A stretch of DNA of 64,000 bases from NCBI GenBank assembly GCA_963700285.1, contig CAVOXA010000010.1, positions 96,001 through 160,000 on the forward strand, in the 5' to 3' direction. Origin of the DNA: an uncultured Chloroflexia bacterium (GTDB lineage: Bacteria > Chloroflexota > Anaerolineae > JAAYZQ01). The position numbers and the translations under genes were made by a program. Positions 27,741 to 37,348 of the stretch are shown in pieces. The notes beneath the pieces are model-generated. The model saw nothing but the letters and a program-made list of their open reading frames with translations, did no database searches and was not told the DNA's origin. Every line of letters starts with the position of its first letter. Positions within the stretch are counted from its first letter, which is position 1.

Positions 27741-29189
27741 ATGCCTATCATTGAGATTCTTTACGCGGTCTGTGCAATCCTGCTCGGCCTGTACGGCCTG
27801 AACAACCTGATATTGACCGGGATCTACCTGCGGCACCGCAACGATCCTGTGCCAGAGCCCCCGGCGCCAGCAGACTGGCCCCTGGTCACAGTTCAACTCC
27901 CCATTTACAATGAACTGCACACCGCCGAGCGGCTGCTGACCACCGTGGCGGCCCTGGACTATCCGCGCCACCGGCTGGAGATCCAGGTACTGGACGATTC
28001 CACCGATGCCACCCGTGAACTGGCGGCCCGCGTCGTCAAAGGTCTCCGAAACCAGGGCATTGACATCGTCCATGTTGTACGGCAGGATCGGTCGGGCTTC
28101 AAGGCGGGGGCGCTAGCGGCTGGCATGGACCGGGCCAGGGGCGAACTGATCGCCATCTTTGACGCCGACTTTATGCCGGCAAGCGACTTTTTGCGGCGGG
28201 TGGTGCCCCACTTTGCCGATCCTGCCGTAGGCTGCGTCCAGACCCGTTGGGGCCACGTCAACCGCGACTATTCGGCTTTTACCCAGACCCAGGCCCTGGG
28301 CGTCGATGGGCATTTTGTCGTCCAACAGGCGGCGCGGGGCCAGGCCGGGCTGTTTCTCAACTTTAACGGTACGGCTGGCGCTTGGCGGCGGGCCTGTATT
28401 GAGGATGCCGGCGGCTGGCAGGGAGATACGCTCACCGAGGACCTGGATCTCAGCTACCGCGCCCAATTGCGCGGCTGGCGGATCGCCTATCTACCAGAGG
28501 TCGTCGTTCCCGCAGAGTTACCGGCCCAGATCAGCGCCTTCAAACGGCAGCAGGCCCGCTGGGCCCAGGGCAGCATCGAGACAGCAAGAAAGCTCATAGG
28601 CCCCCTGCTCCGTTCCGGCCAGCCCCGGCATGTCAAGTTGGAGGGCGTTCTGCACTTGACCGGGTACCTGGTCCACCCCCTCATGCTGTCGATCATCTTG
28701 CTCACCTTCCCCATGAGCTTCTCCCGCAGTTGGGTTGTGCTGGGCATCCCCTGGCTGATGGTCACCGCTGCGGGTCCTCCCCTGTTATACATTGTGGCCC
28801 AGACCGGTGGTGGCACAGAATCACGCCGTCGCCTACGATTCCTGCCCCTATTGGTCATGTTGGGCATGGGCTTGAGCCTGAGCAATACGGGGGCCGTGCT
28901 ACGGGGGGCGCTGGGAATCACCCGAAGCTTCCAGCGCACGCCCAAGTTTGACCTGCAGCAGTCAGCGGATGCCTGGGTCGGCAGCGCCTATGCCCTGAGG
29001 GGAGACTGGCTGGTCCTGGGTGAGGCGGCGCTGGCCATCATGGTCCTGCTGATGTTTGCCATGCCCAACATCCGTTGGACCTTTGTGCCCTGGTTGCTCC
29101 TGTACGCCGGCGGCTTTGGCTATGTGGCCGCCATTAATCTCCACCAGACCCACCAATTGCGCCGATGGCTGGCCAAGCAGCCCAGATGA
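27741..29189 (+). CDS. Processive GT2 glycosyltransferase (cellulose synthase-like)
   Basis: VTVQLPIYNE, LDDSTD, GFKAGAL, IFDADF, TEDLD, QQARWAQG. Confidence 0.95.
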   Translation: MPIIEILYAVCAILLGLYGLNNLILTGIYLRHRNDPVPEPPAPADWPLVTVQLPIYNELHTAERLLTTVAALDYPRHRLEIQVLDDSTDATRELAARVVKGLRNQGIDIVHVVRQDRSGFKAGALAAGMDRARGELIAIFDADFMPASDFLRRVVPHFADPAVGCVQTRWGHVNRDYSAFTQTQALGVDGHFVVQQAARGQAGLFLNFNGTAGAWRRACIEDAGGWQGDTLTEDLDLSYRAQLRGWRIAYLPEVVVPAELPAQISAFKRQQARWAQGSIETARKLIGPLLRSGQPRHVKLEGVLHLTGYLVHPLMLSIILLTFPMSFSRSWVVLGIPWLMVTAAGPPLLYIVAQTGGGTESRRRLRFLPLLVMLGMGLSLSNTGAVLRGALGITRSFQRTPKFDLQQSADAWVGSAYALRGDWLVLGEAALAIMVLLMFAMPNIRWTFVPWLLLYAGGFGYVAAINLHQTHQLRRWLAKQPR

Positions 29190-30648
29190 GCACCAGGTAC
29201 AAGGGTACGTATTCCACAAGTCGAACCGCGTCATACTCGCGCGGGTTGGCCGGGTCCTGGTAGGTCAGGTAGGACAGGGCCACAACGGCGGAAAAATAGA
29301 TGCCCGGCAGGAGAAAGCGGCTGATTCTGCTGTCTTCCGAGCGCGTGGGAGTGAGAAAAGGCAACAGAGGGATGAGCAAGGTCACGTACCAGGGATGGAC
29401 CGTCGTCGCCAGGAGCAGATAGGCAGCCAGGGGGACAATAGCCAGTCTCAGGAGGGCCAAATTGCCATCACAGCGGCGGCTCCAGCGCCAGACGCCCGCC
29501 AGCACCAAACCCAGCATGCCCAGCGAGAGCAGCTTCGCAGTCCGGATCGGCCCAGGCCCGACAGCCTCCAGCGGTACGGCCCCTGGCGTTGGGTAGCCAG
29601 AGATCGCCACCTCCAGCCAATGATACAGCCCGCCATTATAGTTCCAATAGGTGCTATAAATGCGGATTGCACCAAATAGCCCTGTACCATCCAGCGGGCC
29701 CAGCAGGCCCCATCCTCCGCCCAGGGCAAAAGCAGCGCTGATCGCCACGACCAGCCCACCGTAAACCAGCACATAGCGCCAACCCCAACGCCGGCCTACC
29801 ACCGGCAGCAGCAGTGCCGGCAGAACTTTTGTCAGCGTCGCCGCAGCCAGCGCCACCACCGATAGCAGGCGCGAGTGCGCGGATACAAAGGGCCGGCGGT
29901 CCCCTGTGGCCGGCACGACGAGAGCCCACAGCGCGGCCATCATCAGGCAGATCATCAGCGCATCCACGACATGGGCGCCATGGGCGAACTCTACGACGAC
30001 CAGAGGGTTCCACAGGTAGATGAGCACCCGCGTGCCTGGCAGCCCGAGCCGGCGCAGCAGATCCATCACCAACGCACCCGTCAGCAGGTCCAGGAGTACG
30101 GCAGTGACCTGGAAAGCCAGGGCACTGCCGGGGACCAGGCGGTACACGGCGGCGAAAAGCGCCTGGGCTGCCGGCAAGTACGGCGAGGCCATCCAGTTAT
30201 TGTTTACTAGGGTCCGTTGGGGCGAATCAAGGGCATCGAGCAGCGGAGAATTCACCGGCAGCGCGTAGGGGCTTATGCCGGCGTTGGCCAGCCGGCCATC
30301 CCAGATGTAGCGCCAGATATCGTCGGACAGCGTGGGCATGGTGAACAACAACGTGGTACGAAAGACCAGCCCCAGGCCCCAGATGAGAAAGAGCGCCCTC
30401 CGCCGCTCCGGCTGTCGCAGCGACCACCAGACGGCCAGCCCGTAGAACACAAAAGCAGCCGCATACAGCCCCAGAAAGGGCACCGTCCGCTGCCGTAGGT
30501 TCCCCTGGGTGACCATGCCAGCGAAGCACACTTCGACCGCCAGACCCAGCCCGGCAAGGATCCACGGGGCCCGGATCCCCCTAGCGCCTCGGAGATCCTC
30601 TACCTGTAGAGGGAGGCCACCCCGGGGCCCTTCAGATACCTGAAGCAT
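29134..30648 (-). CDS. GT-C (GT87/DUF2029-like) membrane glycosyltransferase
   Basis: LSDDIWRYIWDG, SPYLP, YLWNPLVVVEFAHGAH, TTVHPWY; start uncertain. Confidence 0.88.
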   Translation of the reverse strand: MLQVSEGPRGGLPLQVEDLRGARGIRAPWILAGLGLAVEVCFAGMVTQGNLRQRTVPFLGLYAAAFVFYGLAVWWSLRQPERRRALFLIWGLGLVFRTTLLFTMPTLSDDIWRYIWDGRLANAGISPYALPVNSPLLDALDSPQRTLVNNNWMASPYLPAAQALFAAVYRLVPGSALAFQVTAVLLDLLTGALVMDLLRRLGLPGTRVLIYLWNPLVVVEFAHGAHVVDALMICLMMAALWALVVPATGDRRPFVSAHSRLLSVVALAAATLTKVLPALLLPVVGRRWGWRYVLVYGGLVVAISAAFALGGGWGLLGPLDGTGLFGAIRIYSTYWNYNGGLYHWLEVAISGYPTPGAVPLEAVGPGPIRTAKLLSLGMLGLVLAGVWRWSRRCDGNLALLRLAIVPLAAYLLLATTVHPWYVTLLIPLLPFLTPTRSEDSRISRFLLPGIYFSAVVALSYLTYQDPANPREYDAVRLVEYVPLYLVLIWAAWPAIGAIGGSGGD

Positions 30649-30663
30649 GGGCTTTTTGCGCCA

Positions 30664-32202
30664 TCACCTCGGTACTTCCTCACGAAACACGGGAGCCAGC
30701 ATCTGGTCCACCGGCGCGTACCGGTCTGTGAGCGTCACCGCAAGACCTTCGGCCAGCAGGGCTTCGAGCTCATCAGCGTTGAGCACCTGATTCGCCAGGA
30801 GCGTAACGCCGTCGCCCGCGTCAAACGCCGGAAGGGCAGCCCGGTCCAGAGGCACATCACTGGCAATAATCACAAAGGTGCTGCGCGTCGTTCGGCGCCA
30901 GGCCTCGATGGCGGGCGCCAGGTAGACGTGACGGAAGGTCTGTTGCAAGGTGCGGACATAGGCACGCAGGAAACGCCCTCGGGGGCCGTCGACGATATTG
31001 ACTACGTACAAGCCATCGTCCGCCAGCCATGCCCGGACCCGGTCGTTGAACTCCTTGGTAGTCAAGTGGTAGGGCACCGAAAAGTCATTGAAGGCATCGC
31101 CCATAATCAGGTCATACACGGTCACCGGCTCCCGCTCCAGGTAGAGGCGAGCATCCTCGTTGTAGCTCACGACCTCCGTGTCGCGCTCCAGTCCCAGGTA
31201 ATCGTACGCCACCTCGGTGACCCCGGGATCAATTTCGATGACGTGGACGTCGCTGCCTGGATAAGTGGCCTCCATATACTTGGGAAAAGTATACCCTCCG
31301 CCTCCGATAAAGAGCGCTCGCATGTGGTCATCCTGACTGGCCCGGTAGGCGGTGGCCTCGGCATACATCTGTTCGTAGCCATAGACCAACTTTGTTGGAT
31401 CATCCAGCGAAGTATAACTATGGACCAGCCGATCCAGTGTCAGGACACGGACAGGCTGGCCATCCCGCTCCTGTTCGTGGACCTTGATGCAAAAGTAGTT
31501 GGTCTCGCGCGTACAGGGGGCGTGCAACCACTCCAGATTGGCAGCCACTACCGTGCCGCCAGCCAGAATCAAGGCGGCCAACAGCAACCACAGGGGGCGG
31601 CGGCCCACCAGAAACAACAGGCCCAGCACGAGCAGGACCACCGCCACACCCCAAACGATAGCATGGGTACCCAACCATGAGATCAACAAAAAGCCGGTGG
31701 CAAAGGTCCCCACGATGCTGCCCACAGTACTGGCAGCATAGATGCTGCCCACCGTCCTACCCGTTTTGCTCAAGTCGTGCACGGCCAGCTTGGCCACAAC
31801 AGGCGAAACAGTCCCCAGGATCAAGCTGGGGACAAAGAACAACGCCGCAACCAAGATCAGGATCTGGATGATGATCGGCCAGTCGCCCGGCGTCAGCTTT
31901 CCCAGCACATCCACCGCCAAGATGCCAAAGGAGGACAGGCCGGCCAACACAAAGATGCTGCCCAGCATCTGCAAAGAAGCCCATCGGTCTCCCAGCCTCC
32001 CCCCCAGGTAATTCCCCAGGCTGATCCCGGCTAGCACCACCCCAATGATGCTGGTCCAGGTATAGAGCGACACGCCAACGTAGGGCGCCACGATCCGGCC
32101 AGCAACCAGCTCCAAGATCATGGTGCACCCGCTCGAGACAAAGACGATCAGGTATGGATGCCAAAGCCATGGGTGCAGCGGCGCTTGGGAGGTGGCTTCC
32201 AT
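30664..32202 (-). CDS. Fused MFS/spermidine synthase-like methyltransferase
   Basis: Seven TM (ELVAGRIVAPYVG...WTSIIGV) plus LFIGGGG, IEIDP, EDAR, GDAF, PYHLTT, LTDRYAPV. Confidence 0.92.
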   Translation of the reverse strand: MEATSQAPLHPWLWHPYLIVFVSSGCTMILELVAGRIVAPYVGVSLYTWTSIIGVVLAGISLGNYLGGRLGDRWASLQMLGSIFVLAGLSSFGILAVDVLGKLTPGDWPIIIQILILVAALFFVPSLILGTVSPVVAKLAVHDLSKTGRTVGSIYAASTVGSIVGTFATGFLLISWLGTHAIVWGVAVVLLVLGLLFLVGRRPLWLLLAALILAGGTVVAANLEWLHAPCTRETNYFCIKVHEQERDGQPVRVLTLDRLVHSYTSLDDPTKLVYGYEQMYAEATAYRASQDDHMRALFIGGGGYTFPKYMEATYPGSDVHVIEIDPGVTEVAYDYLGLERDTEVVSYNEDARLYLEREPVTVYDLIMGDAFNDFSVPYHLTTKEFNDRVRAWLADDGLYVVNIVDGPRGRFLRAYVRTLQQTFRHVYLAPAIEAWRRTTRSTFVIIASDVPLDRAALPAFDAGDGVTLLANQVLNADELEALLAEGLAVTLTDRYAPVDQMLAPVFREEVPR

Positions 32203-32443
32203 CGTGATGGCGGCTGGGACGTCCTCTTTGCCTGTAGAATGGGATCTCGGTTCCACGGAGCCTCCTGGCGTCAAGCCTTTCGCTGGACTTGTGATCTGTC
32301 TCCTCGCACAAGTATGCCACAGAACTCCCAATCCTGCAACGGCGGCAGACTCGGACCACGAGTTGCTCCGCCCTGCATCTCCCGGCAACGCTCCCTGTTT
32401 CGCCATGCGATGCCATCTGTGGTAGAATAATCCCCGGTACGAA

Positions 32444-33304
32444 ATGGATTGGGTAGAGGAGCGAATTTTGAATCGTAACCTATTGTGGATAGTCTTGATC
32501 CTGGCAGCCTTGGTCCTGGCTGCCTGTGGAGGCGGGGCAGCGGGCAGCGAAGACGCTCCTGCCGCGAATCCCGCAGCCACTGTCGTGGAGGCAATGCAGC
32601 AGATGGGCCAAAGCGCGGGAATGGGGCCGGGCAGCGGCATGATGGGCCGCCATCACATCGCAGTCGCGGAGCCCTATGCCGGACTCTCCAATCCCGTAGA
32701 AAATGACGAGGCGTCACTGGACCGCGGCGCCGAGCAATATTCCACCCTGTGCGCCAGTTGCCACGGTGACGGCGGCATGGGCGACGGCCCGGCCGGGACG
32801 AGCCTTGATCCGGCCCCGGCGCCGGTCGCCCACACCAGCCAGATGCTGGGCGACGACCTGCTGTTCTGGCGGATCAGTGAAGGAGGCGTGGGGGAGCCCT
32901 TTAACTCTGCGATGCCGGCCTGGAAGGATTCCCTGGATGAGGAGGCCCGTTGGGACCTGATCAACTACATGCGAGCCCTGGGCCAGGGCCAGGTACAGCC
33001 CCGGCACGCGGCAGGCGGCGCTGCGTTTGACCCGGTGGTAGAACAGGCGGCTCGGACCGAAATGCTGGACCGAGGTGTGGAACAGGGTGTGATCAGCCCG
33101 GAGCAAGCCGAGGTCTTTGACCAGGTCCACAGCGCCATGGATGGCCTGACCGCCACGGGCGAAACGCAGCGCCTGGGCGGCATGGAACAGATGCGCGATG
33201 CACTGCTGGATGCCCTGGTCGAGGCGGGGACCATCACTCGCGAGCAGGCCGACGACTTTAACGAGATCCATGACCGGCTTGAAGAGGCTGGCTTGATGGA
33301 GTAG
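32444..33304 (+). CDS. Monoheme cytochrome c lipoprotein
   Basis: Lipobox LAAC, CASCH, axial Met in SAMPAW; helical C-terminal repeat (LVEAGTITREQAD); start may be TTG 32468. Confidence 0.9.
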   Translation: MDWVEERILNRNLLWIVLILAALVLAACGGGAAGSEDAPAANPAATVVEAMQQMGQSAGMGPGSGMMGRHHIAVAEPYAGLSNPVENDEASLDRGAEQYSTLCASCHGDGGMGDGPAGTSLDPAPAPVAHTSQMLGDDLLFWRISEGGVGEPFNSAMPAWKDSLDEEARWDLINYMRALGQGQVQPRHAAGGAAFDPVVEQAARTEMLDRGVEQGVISPEQAEVFDQVHSAMDGLTATGETQRLGGMEQMRDALLDALVEAGTITREQADDFNEIHDRLEEAGLME

Positions 33305-33376
33305 GCGATGGTTGCCAGACTTTGACCTTGTCCGAGATAACAGAGGTCGCGCCCCAGGATAGGGTGCGGCCTCTGC

Positions 33377-34030
33377 TCATGTAGCCCCTCCCCCTTCTCC
33401 CTCGCAGCCCCAGGCGTGCAGCACCTCCAACTCGACCCAACCTGAGAGGGCGCCCAGCACCGTCTCCCTATCGATGCCCTCCACCCGCAGCGTAATGTTT
33501 ATCCTCCCGGGCTGTCCGGGGTCGTAGGCCACCACGGAACAGATGTTGCCCTGCACCCCGGCGATCCGCCCTGCTAACTCCGCTAGCTGGCCGGGGGTAT
33601 CGGCCACCTGGACGGTCAACCGCAGCGAGTCGCTGCCGCCGCCCAGCGCCGCCGCAAACTGTTCAAAGATGTCCGTCTCGGTGATGATGCCCACCAGTCG
33701 CTCTGCCTGTACCACGGGTAGGCTGCCGATCTTGTGGGCCACCATTCTCATCGCCGCCTCCTCCAGAGGGCAGTCGGGCGGCACGGTGATCACCTCACGG
33801 ACCATGACTTGGTCGACGCGGTGCTGGCGCTTGGCCACGCCAGGCGACCCAGCCTTGGACAGAAAGAGTTCCAGGTCATCGCGGCCCACGATCCCAGCCA
33901 GCCGTCCATCGTCATCCACCACCGGCAGATGCCGGAACCGGCCCGACCTGAGCAGCATTATCCCCGCCAGCGGGTCACTCCCTGGCCGCACGGTAACGGG
34001 GTCTCGGGTCATACAATCTCGCACCAACAT
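33377..34030 (-). CDS. CBS + ACT domain protein (AcuB-like)
   Basis: Two CBS repeats (RHLPVV; IGSLPVV, GIITETD) plus ACT (DTPGQLA). Confidence 0.9.
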   Translation of the reverse strand: MLVRDCMTRDPVTVRPGSDPLAGIMLLRSGRFRHLPVVDDDGRLAGIVGRDDLELFLSKAGSPGVAKRQHRVDQVMVREVITVPPDCPLEEAAMRMVAHKIGSLPVVQAERLVGIITETDIFEQFAAALGGGSDSLRLTVQVADTPGQLAELAGRIAGVQGNICSVVAYDPGQPGRINITLRVEGIDRETVLGALSGWVELEVLHAWGCEGEGGGAT

Positions 34031-34380
34031 CAGCCACTCCCTGTGCAGCGAGCAGTTCGCCTTCTATGAATTCCACCGCTAGTATAGCATAGCGTGCCGG
34101 CATAGGCAAGCATCTACCGCTCTATTTGGACCCTGATCACCAGATCTCCGCTCTCTCGGAGGCTGCCAGTACTCACACAGCTAGTGCAAGTTATCCTGAC
34201 AGCAGCAGAGCAATCAACGCAGACAAGATCAGCCCGCCAAGCATACTCTCCTGGCGGGCAGCTAGGTGATCCTCAATGACGCCAGGGCAACTCGGGCTCC
34301 AGCTACGGCCTCTAGCCCACAATCCAGGGCACCATGATTCCTGGGAATATCCAAGGGATGCTGTGCTATTCCTACCATCT

Positions 34381-34416
34381 CGAAAGGGGATGGCCCTGGA
34401 GGGCCATCCCCTTTCG
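34381..34416. terminator. 16-bp perfect hairpin, likely terminator
   Basis: CGAAAGGGGATGGCCC-TGGA-GGGCCATCCCCTTTCG downstream of the 34477-34928 gene. Confidence 0.7.
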
Positions 34417-34476
34417 TTATTTGCTGATCGTTCCGGAACTTGGCTCCGGCGGCCAGGGCAGCTTTGCTGTCTGTGC

Positions 34477-34928
34477 CTAAGGTTTGGTGTAGGGTAGGGG
34501 TATGGGTACGGCGGCAGCCAGTATATCGCACAAGGTCGTCCCTGTTTAGATCGGGGTCATATTCCCAGCCGGCCTTGGTGACATCGGTGACGCAGATCGT
34601 CATAGTCGCCTGCACCTTCAAAGATTCCGAATTCGGCGATGCCCTGGACGTTCGTTTCCGCTTCTAGGTCATCGACGTTCAACAAGTCCCATCGGGCAGT
34701 GTCCATCGGCGCTAACGATTGCGCCTTCGACCATGTCAAGATCGGCATCACGGATGTGGATGTACGCGATCATCATGTCCGGGCCACCAGAAGAGCGCCC
34801 GGTATAGGTCAGCCGGGCACGGTGGACCCACATCGAGTGTCACCCTCTTCGGCCAGTACGGGGATGGCACCCATGGAAGCCAGCAAACCGATAATGATCG
34901 CCAGATACAGCGCACGCTTGGTTTTCAT
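34477..34928 (-). pseudogene. Secreted small beta-sandwich protein, multiply frameshifted
   Basis: Signal peptide MKTKRALYLAIIIGLLASMGAIPVLA with AAGGAG RBS. Coherent protein only across about 4 frame switches (MWVHRARLTY / WTLPDG / ETNVQGIAEF / ICVTDVTKAGWEYDP). 3' end uncertain. Confidence 0.6.
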
Positions 34929-35198
34929 CGTTGAAAGTTCTCCTTTTCTGCAAAAGTGTAATGGGTGAGGAGCAATCATGGCACCTCAAAGCGACGTCAG
35001 CCTGACACCAGATCTAGAATCTCGAACACCAACTTGAAACCCCTCGGGGGGAGCGTTGCACCTCCTTTCCATATGCTCCAACCACGCTCGTCAAGGGCGT
35101 CACTTGGCTCTATGGTGCTCATACAACCTCGGGTAACAGAGCACCGGATAGACTCCAAAACTGCCTCTCGTACAACTAACGCAGAAGCAGCAAAAAGG

Positions 35199-37298
35199 TT
35201 ACGCTAGAAATCGCGTGACCTCAACCAATACCGAGTGGGTACGCGAGTTGCGGCTGGGCAGCGTGGGCTCCGTGCTGGTCAGGACATTGGCCGCACCAGC
35301 AGTGTCGGTACCGTCCGGTTCAAGCAAAGGCCACACACCTTCCAGAAGGCAGACCACGCCCGGCATGATGTCCTCGGTCACCCTGGCTCCGATACGCATC
35401 TTGCCCTGGGGGCTGGAAACGATGACCTTTGCGCCGTTCTCTATACCCCTTTCCGCTGCGTCATCGGGGTGCATCCACAGCGCCTGCTTCTCTTGCTCCC
35501 TGAACCAGGCGATATTATGATACTGGGAGTGGACGCGGTATTTCGGGTGCGGCGTAATCAGCCTCAATGGGTGGCTTTCAGTCGTTGGAAACGTCCTGAG
35601 CTTGGGGATCGGGGCATATCCCGTCTCAGCATAGGCCGCTGAGGCTATCTCCACCCGGCCCGATGGCGTACTCAGCGGATGCTCCTGTGGATCGGCGACA
35701 AAATCAGAGAGACCCACCCGCAACTGATCGGCGCCCAAATAGATGCCAGTACGCTTGAAGGCCTCATAGTCCGCCACTTCCGAGTCTGTGATAAAACCGC
35801 TGAGCCACTCCTCAGCGCTCTTGCCCTCAGAGAACCCGGCTAGAAAGCCCAGCCTCTCCGCTAACTCACAAAAGATGTCATAGTCGTTCTTGGCTTCGGG
35901 CATGGGTGGAACCGCTTGATTGGAAAACAGCAAATAGTTGCCGCTATCGGGAAAGACGATATCGTCTCTTTCCAAGAAGGTTGTGGTGGGCAGAACCAGA
36001 TCGCAATGACGCGCTGTCGGCGTAAGCACAAAATCATGGCAGACGGAAAAATCGACTTGGGTAAAGGCCCGCATGTTCTTTTTGATGTCGCTGCCCTGCA
36101 CGACAAAATTGCCGCCGACATTATAGATAGCCTTGATGTCGACAGGATAGCCGCCCCGTTTCCCTTCCAGGATGGCATCGGGCCAACAATACTGCGGCAC
36201 GGAGGCCTGGACCGGATTAGAGGGCCAGCCAATCTTTCCCGCGCGAGCAGATGGCTGCACATTCCAGAGGGGAGAACCCGACGAACCGCCCAGGATGCCC
36301 AGATTGCCTGTGGCAACCTGCATGGCTATCGCCATACGGCTTGCTTCCTCCCCACCGATGGTCCGTTGAATGGACCAACCTGGAATGAGGGCGGTCGGGC
36401 GGGTACGCCCATACCGGCGCGCGAACTGTACGATCATCTCGGTGGGTGTGCCACACACTCCCTCCGCCCATCGAGGCGTCCTGGCCTCTCCATCTGCATG
36501 GCCGAGAATGTACTGCTCAAGCTCATCAAACCCGGTACTGTACTTTCGCAGAAAGGCCCGGTCTACCAAGCCCTCTTCAAGCAGTACATACAGCACGGCC
36601 ATCATCAGGGCCGTGTCCGTCCCGGGAAGAACCGGGATCCATTGCGTACCCAGCGTCATTGCCGTCCTTGACCGGCGGGGATCGATGACGATCACCTCGA
36701 TCCCTCTCGATCTAGCCTCGCGGATGTGGGCCTCTGTGTCGCAGCCCATGCGGGTGTCGGCGATATTCGCGCCCCACAGGACAATCAGGTTGGAGAATTG
36801 CAGGGTAGCCGGGTCAATGCCTGCCGGCGCCCTCCCCAGAACATAGGGAACAGCAAAGCTGGCCGCGCCCGTACTATAGTTGCCGGTCGTCCAGGTAAAA
36901 CCACCAAACATTGCCAGAAACCGTTTTGTCAGGCCGCCGGTGTTGTGCAGCGCACCCCTGCAAGAACCACTCCCTCCCAGGTAGAGTATCGCCTCGTTGC
37001 CATACCTGGCCTTGATGCCGGACAGCCGCTCAGCCACATAGTCGAGAGCCTGTGGCCAGGAGATTTCCTGGAATTCGCCCGAACCCTTGGCCCCACTTCT
37101 GAGCAGCGGTCTCTTGATCCGATCGGGGGCGTATAGGGCCCTCTTCATCTGGCGTCCCTTTTCGCAGCCATACATCGTCGGTTTGGCCAAGGGGTTGTTG
37201 GTAATTCTCGCAACGCGGCCGTTCTTGATGTGGGCCAACAACGGGCACCCACCACCGCAGTCTAGGTTGCACGAAACCGGTAGCGTTCTTGTCGACAT
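35199..37298 (-). CDS. DMSO-reductase-family molybdopterin oxidoreductase, copy 2
   Basis: CNLDCGGGC...CEKG Fe-S motif, GNYS Mo-Ser ligand, LPTTTFLER, TPSGRVE, RVHSQ; no Tat signal. Confidence 0.95.
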   Translation of the reverse strand: MSTRTLPVSCNLDCGGGCPLLAHIKNGRVARITNNPLAKPTMYGCEKGRQMKRALYAPDRIKRPLLRSGAKGSGEFQEISWPQALDYVAERLSGIKARYGNEAILYLGGSGSCRGALHNTGGLTKRFLAMFGGFTWTTGNYSTGAASFAVPYVLGRAPAGIDPATLQFSNLIVLWGANIADTRMGCDTEAHIREARSRGIEVIVIDPRRSRTAMTLGTQWIPVLPGTDTALMMAVLYVLLEEGLVDRAFLRKYSTGFDELEQYILGHADGEARTPRWAEGVCGTPTEMIVQFARRYGRTRPTALIPGWSIQRTIGGEEASRMAIAMQVATGNLGILGGSSGSPLWNVQPSARAGKIGWPSNPVQASVPQYCWPDAILEGKRGGYPVDIKAIYNVGGNFVVQGSDIKKNMRAFTQVDFSVCHDFVLTPTARHCDLVLPTTTFLERDDIVFPDSGNYLLFSNQAVPPMPEAKNDYDIFCELAERLGFLAGFSEGKSAEEWLSGFITDSEVADYEAFKRTGIYLGADQLRVGLSDFVADPQEHPLSTPSGRVEIASAAYAETGYAPIPKLRTFPTTESHPLRLITPHPKYRVHSQYHNIAWFREQEKQALWMHPDDAAERGIENGAKVIVSSPQGKMRIGARVTEDIMPGVVCLLEGVWPLLEPDGTDTAGAANVLTSTEPTLPSRNSRTHSVLVEVTRFLA

Positions 37299-37348
37299 AC
37301 ACGCATCCTTGGGAATAGTCAGCGAGGAACAAAGCCCTCGCCATTGTT

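Noticed and set aside
34809-34811. In-frame TGA in the secreted-protein gene as selenocysteine
   Set aside because: More stops follow shortly in the same frame, and a frameshift just upstream restores a coherent protein
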